A stretch of 23,599 nucleotides of DNA from Thermodesulfobacteriota bacterium (GTDB taxonomy: Bacteria > Desulfobacterota_D > UBA1144 > Nemesobacterales > N074bin48). Position numbers and translations under genes: made by a program. The notes beneath the pieces were generated by a model. That model was not told the DNA's origin and searched no databases. It was given only the letters and a program-made list of their open reading frames with translations. Below are positions 7,973 to 15,734 of the stretch, one piece after another (positions within the stretch are counted from its first letter, which is position 1; each line of letters begins with the position of its first letter). The DNA is taken from positions 1-23,599 of the forward strand of contig JBFFSH010000038.1 of NCBI GenBank assembly GCA_041572575.1, read 5' to 3'.

Positions 7973-9379
7973 TTAATGCGAAGAAACATCAATATTATAC
8001 TTCTTCATAAGCTGCCAGAATGCTCTTCTGTTCTTCTGGGCCGCTGTGGCAGCCTTGGTGACGTTTCCATCATGCTTAATAAGGAGGGATTTTATATAGC
8101 TTGTCTCAAAACGCTCAATCACGTCTGACTTAAGGTCCTTGAATGACCTGTCAATATCTATATCCTCTATTTCTTCCAGGCTTATATCCTCAGGCTCTAT
8201 CATCTTACTTCTGCAAAGAACAACCGCACGCTCTATAGTATTTTCAAGTTCCCTCACGTTTCCGGGCCAGTCATAAAACTGTAACTTCTGTAGGGCAGCA
8301 TCTGAGAAACCATCGAGAATCTTCTGGAATTTATTTATGTATTTAACAAGAAAATGCTCTGCAAGGAGTGAAATGTCTCCGGTTCTCTTGTTTAGTGAAG
8401 GAAGCTTTAGCGGTATAATATTTAATCTATAGTATAGGTCAGACCTAAACCTGCCCTCTTTTACGGCTTTTTTAAGATTTTTATTCGACGCTGCTATAAA
8501 ACGTATATCTGCCTTCTGAATTTTTGCCGACCCCAGGGGCTTATATTCTTTTTCCTGCAGAAGCCGTAAGAGTTTAACTTGAGACGAGGTATTAAGCGCA
8601 TCGATCTCATCGAGAAAAAGTGTGCCGCCTTCGGCCGCATTTATAAGCCCTGTTTCTGACGAGGTAGCACTTGTATATGCCCCTTTGAAATGACCAAATA
8701 GCTCATTTTCTACAAGCTCCGGGGGCACAGCGCCACAATCAAAAGTGATAAAAGGCATGCCTGATCTGGGGCTTAAGTGGTGAATTGCCCTGGCTACTAT
8801 CTCTTTTCCTGTGCCGGTTTCTCCGGTAATCATCACAGTAGCATCATACTGTGCAATTTGAGGTATTTTTTCAATTTCAGATAAAAAATTTGGGCTTTGG
8901 CCTATGATATTTTTTAGACCAAGCTTTTGCTTAAGGTGTTGTTTTAGATTTGTTTTAATTTCTTCATGACTTTTATCAATATATCTATCTATTCGGGCTT
9001 TAATCTCCTGTGTTGTAAAAGGATGGTAAACAAAATCACTTACACCCAGGCTTAGCAGTTTTTTTATATTATGGTTAGTAAAATCCTTAATAAGCGCAAT
9101 TATAGGAATTTCTCTTGCTGCTAAAAAATTAAATTTGGTTAGCAGCCGCTCAATTTCTGATAAGTTATCAACTGTAGGATTAATAAAAATAAGACTATTC
9201 GGGTATTTATTAACAGATGAGATTACTTCTTTAATACCAGAGTTTGAATCGGTAAACGAGATAAATTGAATGTTACTACTACAGGGCGACAAAATATTTA
9301 CAAGCGCATCATTTTCACTGCAAGAATATTGCTCTGAACCGATATCCAGAAGTAGAAAGGTAGCATTACTAATACCGAT
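7973..9379 (-). CDS. sigma54-dependent Fis-family transcriptional activator (bEBP) with a degenerate N-terminal receiver-like domain; start uncertain (ORF track TTG 9292, frame open to 9388)
   Basis: Walker A GETGTGKE, ENELFGH..GAYTSA, Walker B LFLDEI, FRSDLYYRLN, sensor II WPGNVRELEN and a C-terminal Fis-type HTH GNVTKAATAAQKNRRAFWQLMKKY. Confidence 0.9.
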   Translation of the reverse strand: MGISNATFLLLDIGSEQYSCSENDALVNILSPCSSNIQFISFTDSNSGIKEVISSVNKYPNSLIFINPTVDNLSEIERLLTKFNFLAAREIPIIALIKDFTNHNIKKLLSLGVSDFVYHPFTTQEIKARIDRYIDKSHEEIKTNLKQHLKQKLGLKNIIGQSPNFLSEIEKIPQIAQYDATVMITGETGTGKEIVARAIHHLSPRSGMPFITFDCGAVPPELVENELFGHFKGAYTSATSSETGLINAAEGGTLFLDEIDALNTSSQVKLLRLLQEKEYKPLGSAKIQKADIRFIAASNKNLKKAVKEGRFRSDLYYRLNIIPLKLPSLNKRTGDISLLAEHFLVKYINKFQKILDGFSDAALQKLQFYDWPGNVRELENTIERAVVLCRSKMIEPEDISLEEIEDIDIDRSFKDLKSDVIERFETSYIKSLLIKHDGNVTKAATAAQKNRRAFWQLMKKYNIDVSSH

Positions 9380-9439
9380 AATATCCCCCTATCGAATCCG
9401 TTAATAAAATATATTTATTGCAAATTCAATATGAAGAAT

Positions 9440-9538
9440 TTTATTTCGGTGATCCTTCTACCTGGCAATCATGTTGATGCTTGAGGCAAGTAGCTTTGCG
9501 TCCCATCTTTTCAAATGGTTTGCCTTTATCGTATAAAC
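9440..9538 (-). ncRNA. c-di-GMP-I (GEMM) riboswitch aptamer
   Basis: Minus strand reads UUUAUACGAUAAA-GGCAAACCAUUU-GAAA-AGAUGGGACGCAAAGC-UACUUGCCU...AGGUAG-AAGGAUC-ACCGAAAUAAA. It has the GGCAAACC / GAAA tetraloop / GGGACGCAAAGC core and the AGGUAG-N7-ACCGA 3' layout, and lies in the 5' UTR of the activator. Confidence 0.85.
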
Positions 9539-9552
9539 CTCCTTCAATATAT

Positions 9553-9582
9553 ATTATATTACTTTAGTATTGATAATGTCAA
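9553..9582 (-). promoter_or_regulatory. sigma70 promoter for the riboswitch-activator transcript
   Basis: Minus strand has TTGACA (9582-9577)-N18-TATAAT (9558-9553). Predicted TSS about 9546 lies just 5' of the aptamer. Confidence 0.8.
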
Positions 9583-9666
9583 TACGTATTTTCGGTGATT
9601 ATTATAATTTTAATAATAAATATATTTAATTGTAGGTTTTTACGATAATAATGTAATCTCACCACC

Positions 9667-10140
9667 ATGAATACAGAACAAACTCCAAATTCAATTGAAC
9701 CCGAGGGCATGTTTTCAGGGTTAAACTTTAGGGCCATTATTGTTGGTGTTCTTGCAGATATTTTTTCTACTCTTATTCTAGGAATGATAATTACAACAGT
9801 TCTGTTAGTAAAACTACATGGGGCTGACATACCAGAAGACGCTGTAGAAAAAATTCTGGAATCAGATAGCAATCTTTATATCTATCTTTTATTAGGACTA
9901 TGCTGTACAGTGTGTGGTGGATTTATGTGTGCCAGAATAGCTGGTTCACTCCCAATAAGACACGGCGGCTGGGTTGGTGCTGCCTCTTTAATAACGGGTG
10001 TAATATTGGAAATGATGCTTGGTGCAGATCAAACATACCCTGACTGGTATATTTATATCTCTATGGCCGGTATTATTCCCGCCGGTGTTTTAGGTGGGTA
10101 TTTATACAATTTGCTAAAATCAATTGATGTGTCTAATTAG
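9667..10140 (+). CDS. Hypothetical integral membrane protein (about 4 TM helices)
   Basis: 157 aa with four hydrophobic Gly-rich segments (AIIVGVLAD..., LLGLCCTVCGGFMCARIA, HGGWVGAASLITG, IIPAGVLGGYL). It is convergent with and abuts the next gene. Confidence 0.8.
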   Translation: MNTEQTPNSIEPEGMFSGLNFRAIIVGVLADIFSTLILGMIITTVLLVKLHGADIPEDAVEKILESDSNLYIYLLLGLCCTVCGGFMCARIAGSLPIRHGGWVGAASLITGVILEMMLGADQTYPDWYIYISMAGIIPAGVLGGYLYNLLKSIDVSN

Positions 10141-10527
10141 TTACTGAGTCTGTCCTTCTCCTGACATAAAAAGTGTTAAACATGGGTCTGAGTTTTCATC
10201 GTCTATAACACCCAGATGAGATACAAGATCGTAGGTTTGCTGCTCACCTTCACGTTTGAATTCCACATTAAAATATATTGTGTTAGATTTACTGGACTGT
10301 CTATGAGTTCTAATATAATAAACCAGCCTGCTTATAACTTCTTTAATTCTCTTATCTTCTTCAGTATTAAGATTATTAGTGGTCGCATCGAGTTTAATTA
10401 CTTCATTCCATAACTGTTTTGTAACGTAAGCAGGAATTAGAAGTCCTGCGTTTTTTACATGATCCGAAATATCTATTTGATGGCCTTCTTCTAAGGCTTT
10501 TGCTCTGTTAAATCCGTTTTCTGTCAT
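10141..10527 (-). CDS. Hypothetical protein resembling the DUF6573 family
   Basis: The pattern RAKALEEG..IDIS....AG...P..VT..LW near the N-terminus and C-terminal G..D....P.LTL...E matches my recollection of this family. It starts 18 nt after the desulfurase stop. Confidence 0.6.
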   Translation of the reverse strand: MTENGFNRAKALEEGHQIDISDHVKNAGLLIPAYVTKQLWNEVIKLDATTNNLNTEEDKRIKEVISRLVYYIRTHRQSSKSNTIYFNVEFKREGEQQTYDLVSHLGVIDDENSDPCLTLFMSGEGQTQ

Positions 10528-10545
10528 AATTTCACCATAAAGAGT

Positions 10546-11691
10546 TTAATGTTTAAGTTTCCGGCAGAACTTCTTGATATGAGCTACGGTCTGTTCTATT
10601 TCTTCCATCGTATTTGAAGTACCAAAACTAAATCTTATGCTGGAATAAGCATCTTCGGGAGATTTTCCCATTGCAAGCAGAACGTATGATGGGTCGGGGC
10701 TGGAATTGGTACAAGCCGAGCTTTGAGAACATCTAATTCCCACACTATCCAGCCTTGCCTTAAGAATTCTGCCGTCTATGTTTTTAAACTGTACATTTGA
10801 AGTATTGCACACCCTGTTTTCAGTATCTCCGTTAAAGCTTACGCAGCGTATTTCCTGAGACAATTGTTCTTCAAAACTGTCCCTCAGTTCTGTCATATAT
10901 GCTATATTATCCTTCAATTTTTTCCTTCTAATCTCCGAAGCCTTCCCTATGCCCACTATTCCTGGAACATTTTCTGTACCCGGTCTGAAATGGTCCTCCT
11001 GAAAGCCGCCAAACATTATAGGATTTAAATTTAATTTATTTTTACAGTAAATAGCCCCGATACCCTGGGGAGAATTAAATTTATGACCCGTGAGCGAAAG
11101 GTAATCAATAGGCATACTATCAAGATTAAGCTCCAATTTCCCTACTGCCTGTGCTGCATCGGTATGATAAAGAATTCCGTGTTTTCTGCATATCTTACCA
11201 ATCTCCTCTACAGGCTGAATTACCCCTGTTTCATTATTAACCCATTGGATAGAAACAAGCGACACTTTCTTATCACCCAGTGTTTTATCAAGCACGTCTA
11301 AATTCACATATCCACCCTCGCAGGCATCAAGCTCTATGATCTCTGCACCATTTAGCTTTAAATAACTGCACATCTTCTTTATCGATGAATGTTCTACACA
11401 AGATGTAACGATACGGCATTTCTCTTTACAATCCCTAAAACATGAGTAAAAGGCCATATTGTTTGACTCTGTTCCCGAGCTTGTAAACACTAGTTTATCT
11501 TTATCGCATCCTAGGAGTTTTGCTGTCTCTTCCCTGGCTCTTTCAACAAATTCTTTTGCCCTTTGCCCGGTTGCATGAGTACTGGAAGGATTACCAAATC
11601 CCTCACCTAATACCTCCATCATGGCCGTCACTACTTCTGGATAAGGCCTGGTGGTTGCGTTGTTATCTAAGTATATTTCTTTGTCTGCCAT
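10546..11691 (-). CDS. Cysteine desulfurase, group I (IscS/NifS-like), PLP-dependent
   Basis: YLDNNATT, GNPSS.H, FTSSGTESNN, NNETGVIQP, HTDAAQA.GK, PLP lysine in TGHKF, RPGTENV and catalytic Cys in SQSSACT. Confidence 0.93.
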   Translation of the reverse strand: MADKEIYLDNNATTRPYPEVVTAMMEVLGEGFGNPSSTHATGQRAKEFVERAREETAKLLGCDKDKLVFTSSGTESNNMAFYSCFRDCKEKCRIVTSCVEHSSIKKMCSYLKLNGAEIIELDACEGGYVNLDVLDKTLGDKKVSLVSIQWVNNETGVIQPVEEIGKICRKHGILYHTDAAQAVGKLELNLDSMPIDYLSLTGHKFNSPQGIGAIYCKNKLNLNPIMFGGFQEDHFRPGTENVPGIVGIGKASEIRRKKLKDNIAYMTELRDSFEEQLSQEIRCVSFNGDTENRVCNTSNVQFKNIDGRILKARLDSVGIRCSQSSACTNSSPDPSYVLLAMGKSPEDAYSSIRFSFGTSNTMEEIEQTVAHIKKFCRKLKH

Positions 11692-11850
11692 TTTGTTCTC
11701 TACCCTTAAAAATATAATATATACATTAATTAATAAAACTAAATATATTAATACAATTTTATAATGATTTGCTGTGATGAATTATATTAATCCGTCAGGC
11801 ATTAAATGAGTGTAAGTTGAGTTAATAAACACCCCAGTTAAACTTGCACA

Positions 11851-12411
11851 ATGCCTAAAAAAAGGATAACTAAAGTTTATACCAAAACAGGAGATGACGG
11901 ATATACATCCCTTGTGTTTGGACAGAGGGTAAGCAAAGCCTCATTGAGGGTTACAGCCTACGGGGATGTAGACGAGCTTAACAGTGTAATTGGTGTAATA
12001 AGGTCCAAAAATACAGATAAAAAAATCGATGTGCTGCTAACAAATATCCAAAATGATCTATTTGTTATAGGTGCAGATTTAGCATCTGTAGAATCGGATA
12101 AATCACTTAGGCTTTCCAAAAAGCGGGTTGCTTTTTTAGAGCGGAATATAGATAAATATCTAAAACACTTAGAACCACTAAAGGAATTTATACTTCCCGG
12201 AGGTAGCGAAGCAGGATCATTAATTCATCTTGGAAGAACCGTTGCAAGAAGAGCCGAGAGAAATGTTACAGCCTTAATGGACTCTGAAAAAGTAAATAAT
12301 CTGGTTTTAATTTATCTTAACCGTCTATCAGACCTGTTTTTTGTATTAGCAAGGATTGTAAACAAAGCCGAGAATAAACCAGAAACCTATGTAGATTTTA
12401 ATAAGAACTAA
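11851..12411 (+). CDS. ATP:cob(I)alamin adenosyltransferase, PduO type
   Basis: VYTKTGDDGYT, YGDVDELNS, IQNDLF..GADLA, FILPGG, RTVARRAER and YLNRLSDLFF. Confidence 0.95.
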   Translation: MPKKRITKVYTKTGDDGYTSLVFGQRVSKASLRVTAYGDVDELNSVIGVIRSKNTDKKIDVLLTNIQNDLFVIGADLASVESDKSLRLSKKRVAFLERNIDKYLKHLEPLKEFILPGGSEAGSLIHLGRTVARRAERNVTALMDSEKVNNLVLIYLNRLSDLFFVLARIVNKAENKPETYVDFNKN

Positions 12412-12416
12412 TAATC

Positions 12417-13067
12417 ATGAATAAAATTGATACTTATGATACACAGATTGTAAACCCGGAAATTGAACAATATTTAAATAATCTTTTGGCCGATGATGAC
12501 CCTTTGCTAAGGGAAATGGAGCAGCTTGCCCTGAATATGGATTTTCCGATTATTGGACCGCAAGTCGGAAGATTATTATATCAATTAACCAAAATATCGG
12601 GTGCAAAGAAAATATTGGAGCTTGGATCGGGATTTGGATATTCGGCCTATTGGTTTTCCAAAGCATTAAATGATGATGGATATGTGATTTGTACGGAGCA
12701 CTCTGAGGACAATCATAAGATAGCAGAAAAATTTTTTAAAAAAAGTGAGTATTTTAACCGGGTAAGATATGAAAAAGGGGAAGCTTTGTCTATTCTAGAC
12801 AAACAGGAAGAACAATTTGATATCATTCTAAATGATATCGATAAGGAATATTATCCGGATGTAATTGAGATTGCAGCAGAAAAACTAAAACCCGGTGGTC
12901 TGTTAATTACGGACAATATGTTATGGTTTGGCAGGGTTCTTTCTGATTATAAAACTCCGTCGACTGCAGGAGTAAAAATTTTTACTGAGCTAATTTTAGA
13001 AAGAAAAGACTTTATGACAACTATAATTCCTTTACGAGATGGAGTGGCAATAAGCTTAAAAGTATAA
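12417..13067 (+). CDS. Class I SAM-dependent O-methyltransferase (COMT/CCoAOMT-like)
   Basis: ILELGSGFGYSA, FDIILNDIDK, LKPGGLLITDNML and PLRDG. Confidence 0.92.
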   Translation: MNKIDTYDTQIVNPEIEQYLNNLLADDDPLLREMEQLALNMDFPIIGPQVGRLLYQLTKISGAKKILELGSGFGYSAYWFSKALNDDGYVICTEHSEDNHKIAEKFFKKSEYFNRVRYEKGEALSILDKQEEQFDIILNDIDKEYYPDVIEIAAEKLKPGGLLITDNMLWFGRVLSDYKTPSTAGVKIFTELILERKDFMTTIIPLRDGVAISLKV

Positions 13068-13077
13068 TTCACAACAA

Positions 13078-15714
13078 ATGGCAAAAGTAATATCTTCAAA
13101 ACAGACAGAAACGGGGTTTGATCTAAGCAAGTATTATGTAGAGCATTTTGAGCACATAAAAAAACTGCACCGCCTTAAGGCCGGAAATTTGAATAAACTT
13201 TCTGGCAGATCGCTTGCTAAGAGAAGGTCCAAAGCAATGGACGATCTTATTATTAATTATCTTAGCTATGGTGGATTTACTAATCTAAAAAACCTAAGCG
13301 TCATAGCGCTTGGGGGTTATGGAAGAAGCGATTTAAGCCCACACTCAGACATAGATATCCTGTTTCTTTATGACGATATATTTATAAAAACTGCAAAAGA
13401 GATTACTCAGAGTCTTCTCTATAAGCTTTGGGACCTTAAGCTTGATGTTGGATACGCAACTAGAACAGTCGATGAATGCGTTGAACTGTCCTTTGATAAA
13501 GATACGACCATTCTAACTTCAATGCTTGACTCCAGATTGATCTATGGGGATGAATCATTATTTAAATCACTTAACAATAAACTGTTTAAGCAGGTTCTTC
13601 CTAAAAACTCAAAAACTTTTATTGAGAATAAAGTTTCAGAAAACCTGCAAAGGATCGAAAAATATGGAAATTCCATATACATGCTCGAGCCAAATGTAAA
13701 AGAGAGTGTTGGGGGACTTAGGGATATTCATTTTGCACTCTGGATCGCGCAGGCAAAATTTAAGGTAAAAACATTTAAGGAGCTTTTATTAAAGGGAATA
13801 TTATTTCATAATGAATTAAACACACTAAATAAAAACATGGATTTTCTGCTGTCTATAAGAGCTGAGCTTCACTATCTTGCCGGAAAAGCAGAAGACAGGA
13901 TCAGGTTTGAATACGGTGAAGACATAGCCAAATATCTGGGATTTAAAGACAGTGATCTAAGAGCTGTGGAAAAATTCATGAGGATTTACTACCTCCGTGC
14001 AAACCAAACAAGAGAAGTATCCAAAAGGCTTATAGACAGATGTTTAGTAAAACCACAAATATCTTCAAAGTTTTCCAAAATTACCAAACTAGGTGATGGT
14101 TTTATACTTCAGGGAGGAAAATTATCAGTTACACACAGGAAAATTATTGAGGACCAACCTCCAAATATGATAAGAGCATTTGTCATCTCCGATAAATTTG
14201 GTTGTAACAAGACACCTTATCTTGCGGACTTAATAAAAGACAACTCAAATTTAAAAACAATAACCGATAAATTTAGAACAAACGAAGAGGTAAATCAGTA
14301 CTTTCTTAAACTTTTAAAAGACGGAAAGCAGGTTTCTAAAGAGCTCTTTGAGATGAACAGGCTAAGATTTTTGGGCAGATTCATACCAGAGTTTGGAAAG
14401 ATAGTGTGCATGGCACAGTATGATGCATATCATGTTTACACTGTTGACATACATTCAATTTTTATGATTGAAGAAATAGAACGGCTCATCAATGGACAAC
14501 TTGAGGACAAATTTCCACTTCTCACAAATCTTGCAAGGGAAGTACAGAGAAAAGATATATTGTATCTTGGCTGTCTATTCCATGATATGGGAAAAGGTGA
14601 AGGCAAAAACCATAGTCAGAAGGGCGCTGCTATGATTCCTAAAATTGCAAAGAGAATGTCTCTTGAGTCTGAAGACGCAGATGTTTTGGAATTTATGGTA
14701 AAACACCATCTCATAATGCCGCACTTTTCTCAGAGAAGAGATTTAAACGACGAGAGTTTAATCCAAAGGTTTGCAAAATCTGTTAAGACCAAACAGACTC
14801 TGGACCTTCTTTACCTTCTCACTTTTGCAGATATAAGATCGGTTGGTCCTGATACATGGTCTGACTGGAAGGGGATGCTGCTTCAGGACTTATATCTAAA
14901 AACTGCAGCCATTTTAGAGCAAAGTGAATACAGAAAAGAAGAGCCGCATGAACTAAGGCAGAGATATATTAAGGAAGTATCAAATATATTGAAGGATAGT
15001 ATAAAAGAAAAAACTGTTGCTAAAATTTTAAAGGAAATGCCCGATTCTTATTTTAAGGGTTTTTCTCCAAAAAGAGTTGCCACACACGTAAAATTAATAG
15101 AAAGGGCAGGCAAGGATACTGACTTTCATATAAGCTATCACCCCCCCGTTAAGTTTGATGACTTTATCTTCTGGGGAGAAGATACAACAGGAATATTTCA
15201 TAAGCTATGCGGAGTGCTTGCAGCAAACGGCCTTAATATCCTTGGAGCCAGAATTACATCAACTTCCAGGAAAAGAATTCTGGATGTATTTTATGTAAAC
15301 AGGATGGGTGAATCAACTATTGATGATAAACAAATATGGACTAAGGTAAGAAGCGATTTGGAAAAAGTACTAAGTGGAGAGCTAAAGGCAAAACAGCTGC
15401 TCGAAAAGAAAATCCTAAACTATGCGCATTATAGGAAAAATATCCCAACCCATCCCACTAAAGTCGAAATAGACAATGAAAGCTCTGATGACTTTACAAT
15501 AATAGAATATTATTCCAATGACAGAATAGGACTTCTTTATGAAGTCTCAAGAGAACTAAGCAACCTGGGATATTCCATAGAGTATGCAAAAATATCTACT
15601 AAAGTAGACCAGGTATCAGATGTTTTTTATATTACAGATTCAAACAATAAGAAAATTTTATCTTCTAAAAAATTAAGAGAGATTAAAGATACTCTTCTAT
15701 CTCTCGACTCTTAA
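13078..15714 (+). CDS. glnD: [Protein-PII] uridylyltransferase / uridylyl-removing enzyme
   Basis: NTase motif ALGGYGR..LSPHSDIDILFL, LEPNVKES.GGLRDIH, HD domain (YHVYTVDIH...LFHDMGKG) and two C-terminal ACT domains (DRIGLLY). Confidence 0.95.
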   Translation: MAKVISSKQTETGFDLSKYYVEHFEHIKKLHRLKAGNLNKLSGRSLAKRRSKAMDDLIINYLSYGGFTNLKNLSVIALGGYGRSDLSPHSDIDILFLYDDIFIKTAKEITQSLLYKLWDLKLDVGYATRTVDECVELSFDKDTTILTSMLDSRLIYGDESLFKSLNNKLFKQVLPKNSKTFIENKVSENLQRIEKYGNSIYMLEPNVKESVGGLRDIHFALWIAQAKFKVKTFKELLLKGILFHNELNTLNKNMDFLLSIRAELHYLAGKAEDRIRFEYGEDIAKYLGFKDSDLRAVEKFMRIYYLRANQTREVSKRLIDRCLVKPQISSKFSKITKLGDGFILQGGKLSVTHRKIIEDQPPNMIRAFVISDKFGCNKTPYLADLIKDNSNLKTITDKFRTNEEVNQYFLKLLKDGKQVSKELFEMNRLRFLGRFIPEFGKIVCMAQYDAYHVYTVDIHSIFMIEEIERLINGQLEDKFPLLTNLAREVQRKDILYLGCLFHDMGKGEGKNHSQKGAAMIPKIAKRMSLESEDADVLEFMVKHHLIMPHFSQRRDLNDESLIQRFAKSVKTKQTLDLLYLLTFADIRSVGPDTWSDWKGMLLQDLYLKTAAILEQSEYRKEEPHELRQRYIKEVSNILKDSIKEKTVAKILKEMPDSYFKGFSPKRVATHVKLIERAGKDTDFHISYHPPVKFDDFIFWGEDTTGIFHKLCGVLAANGLNILGARITSTSRKRILDVFYVNRMGESTIDDKQIWTKVRSDLEKVLSGELKAKQLLEKKILNYAHYRKNIPTHPTKVEIDNESSDDFTIIEYYSNDRIGLLYEVSRELSNLGYSIEYAKISTKVDQVSDVFYITDSNNKKILSSKKLREIKDTLLSLDS

Positions 15715-15734
15715 ATGGTGTTTATCCCTAACAT

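Noticed and set aside
9579..9872. 97-aa ORF on the - strand
   Set aside because: It is antisense to the 157-aa membrane protein and runs into the AT-rich promoter region.
11700..11850. Cobalamin riboswitch upstream of the adenosyltransferase
   Set aside because: The region is short and extremely AT-rich, with no B12-box or conserved core.
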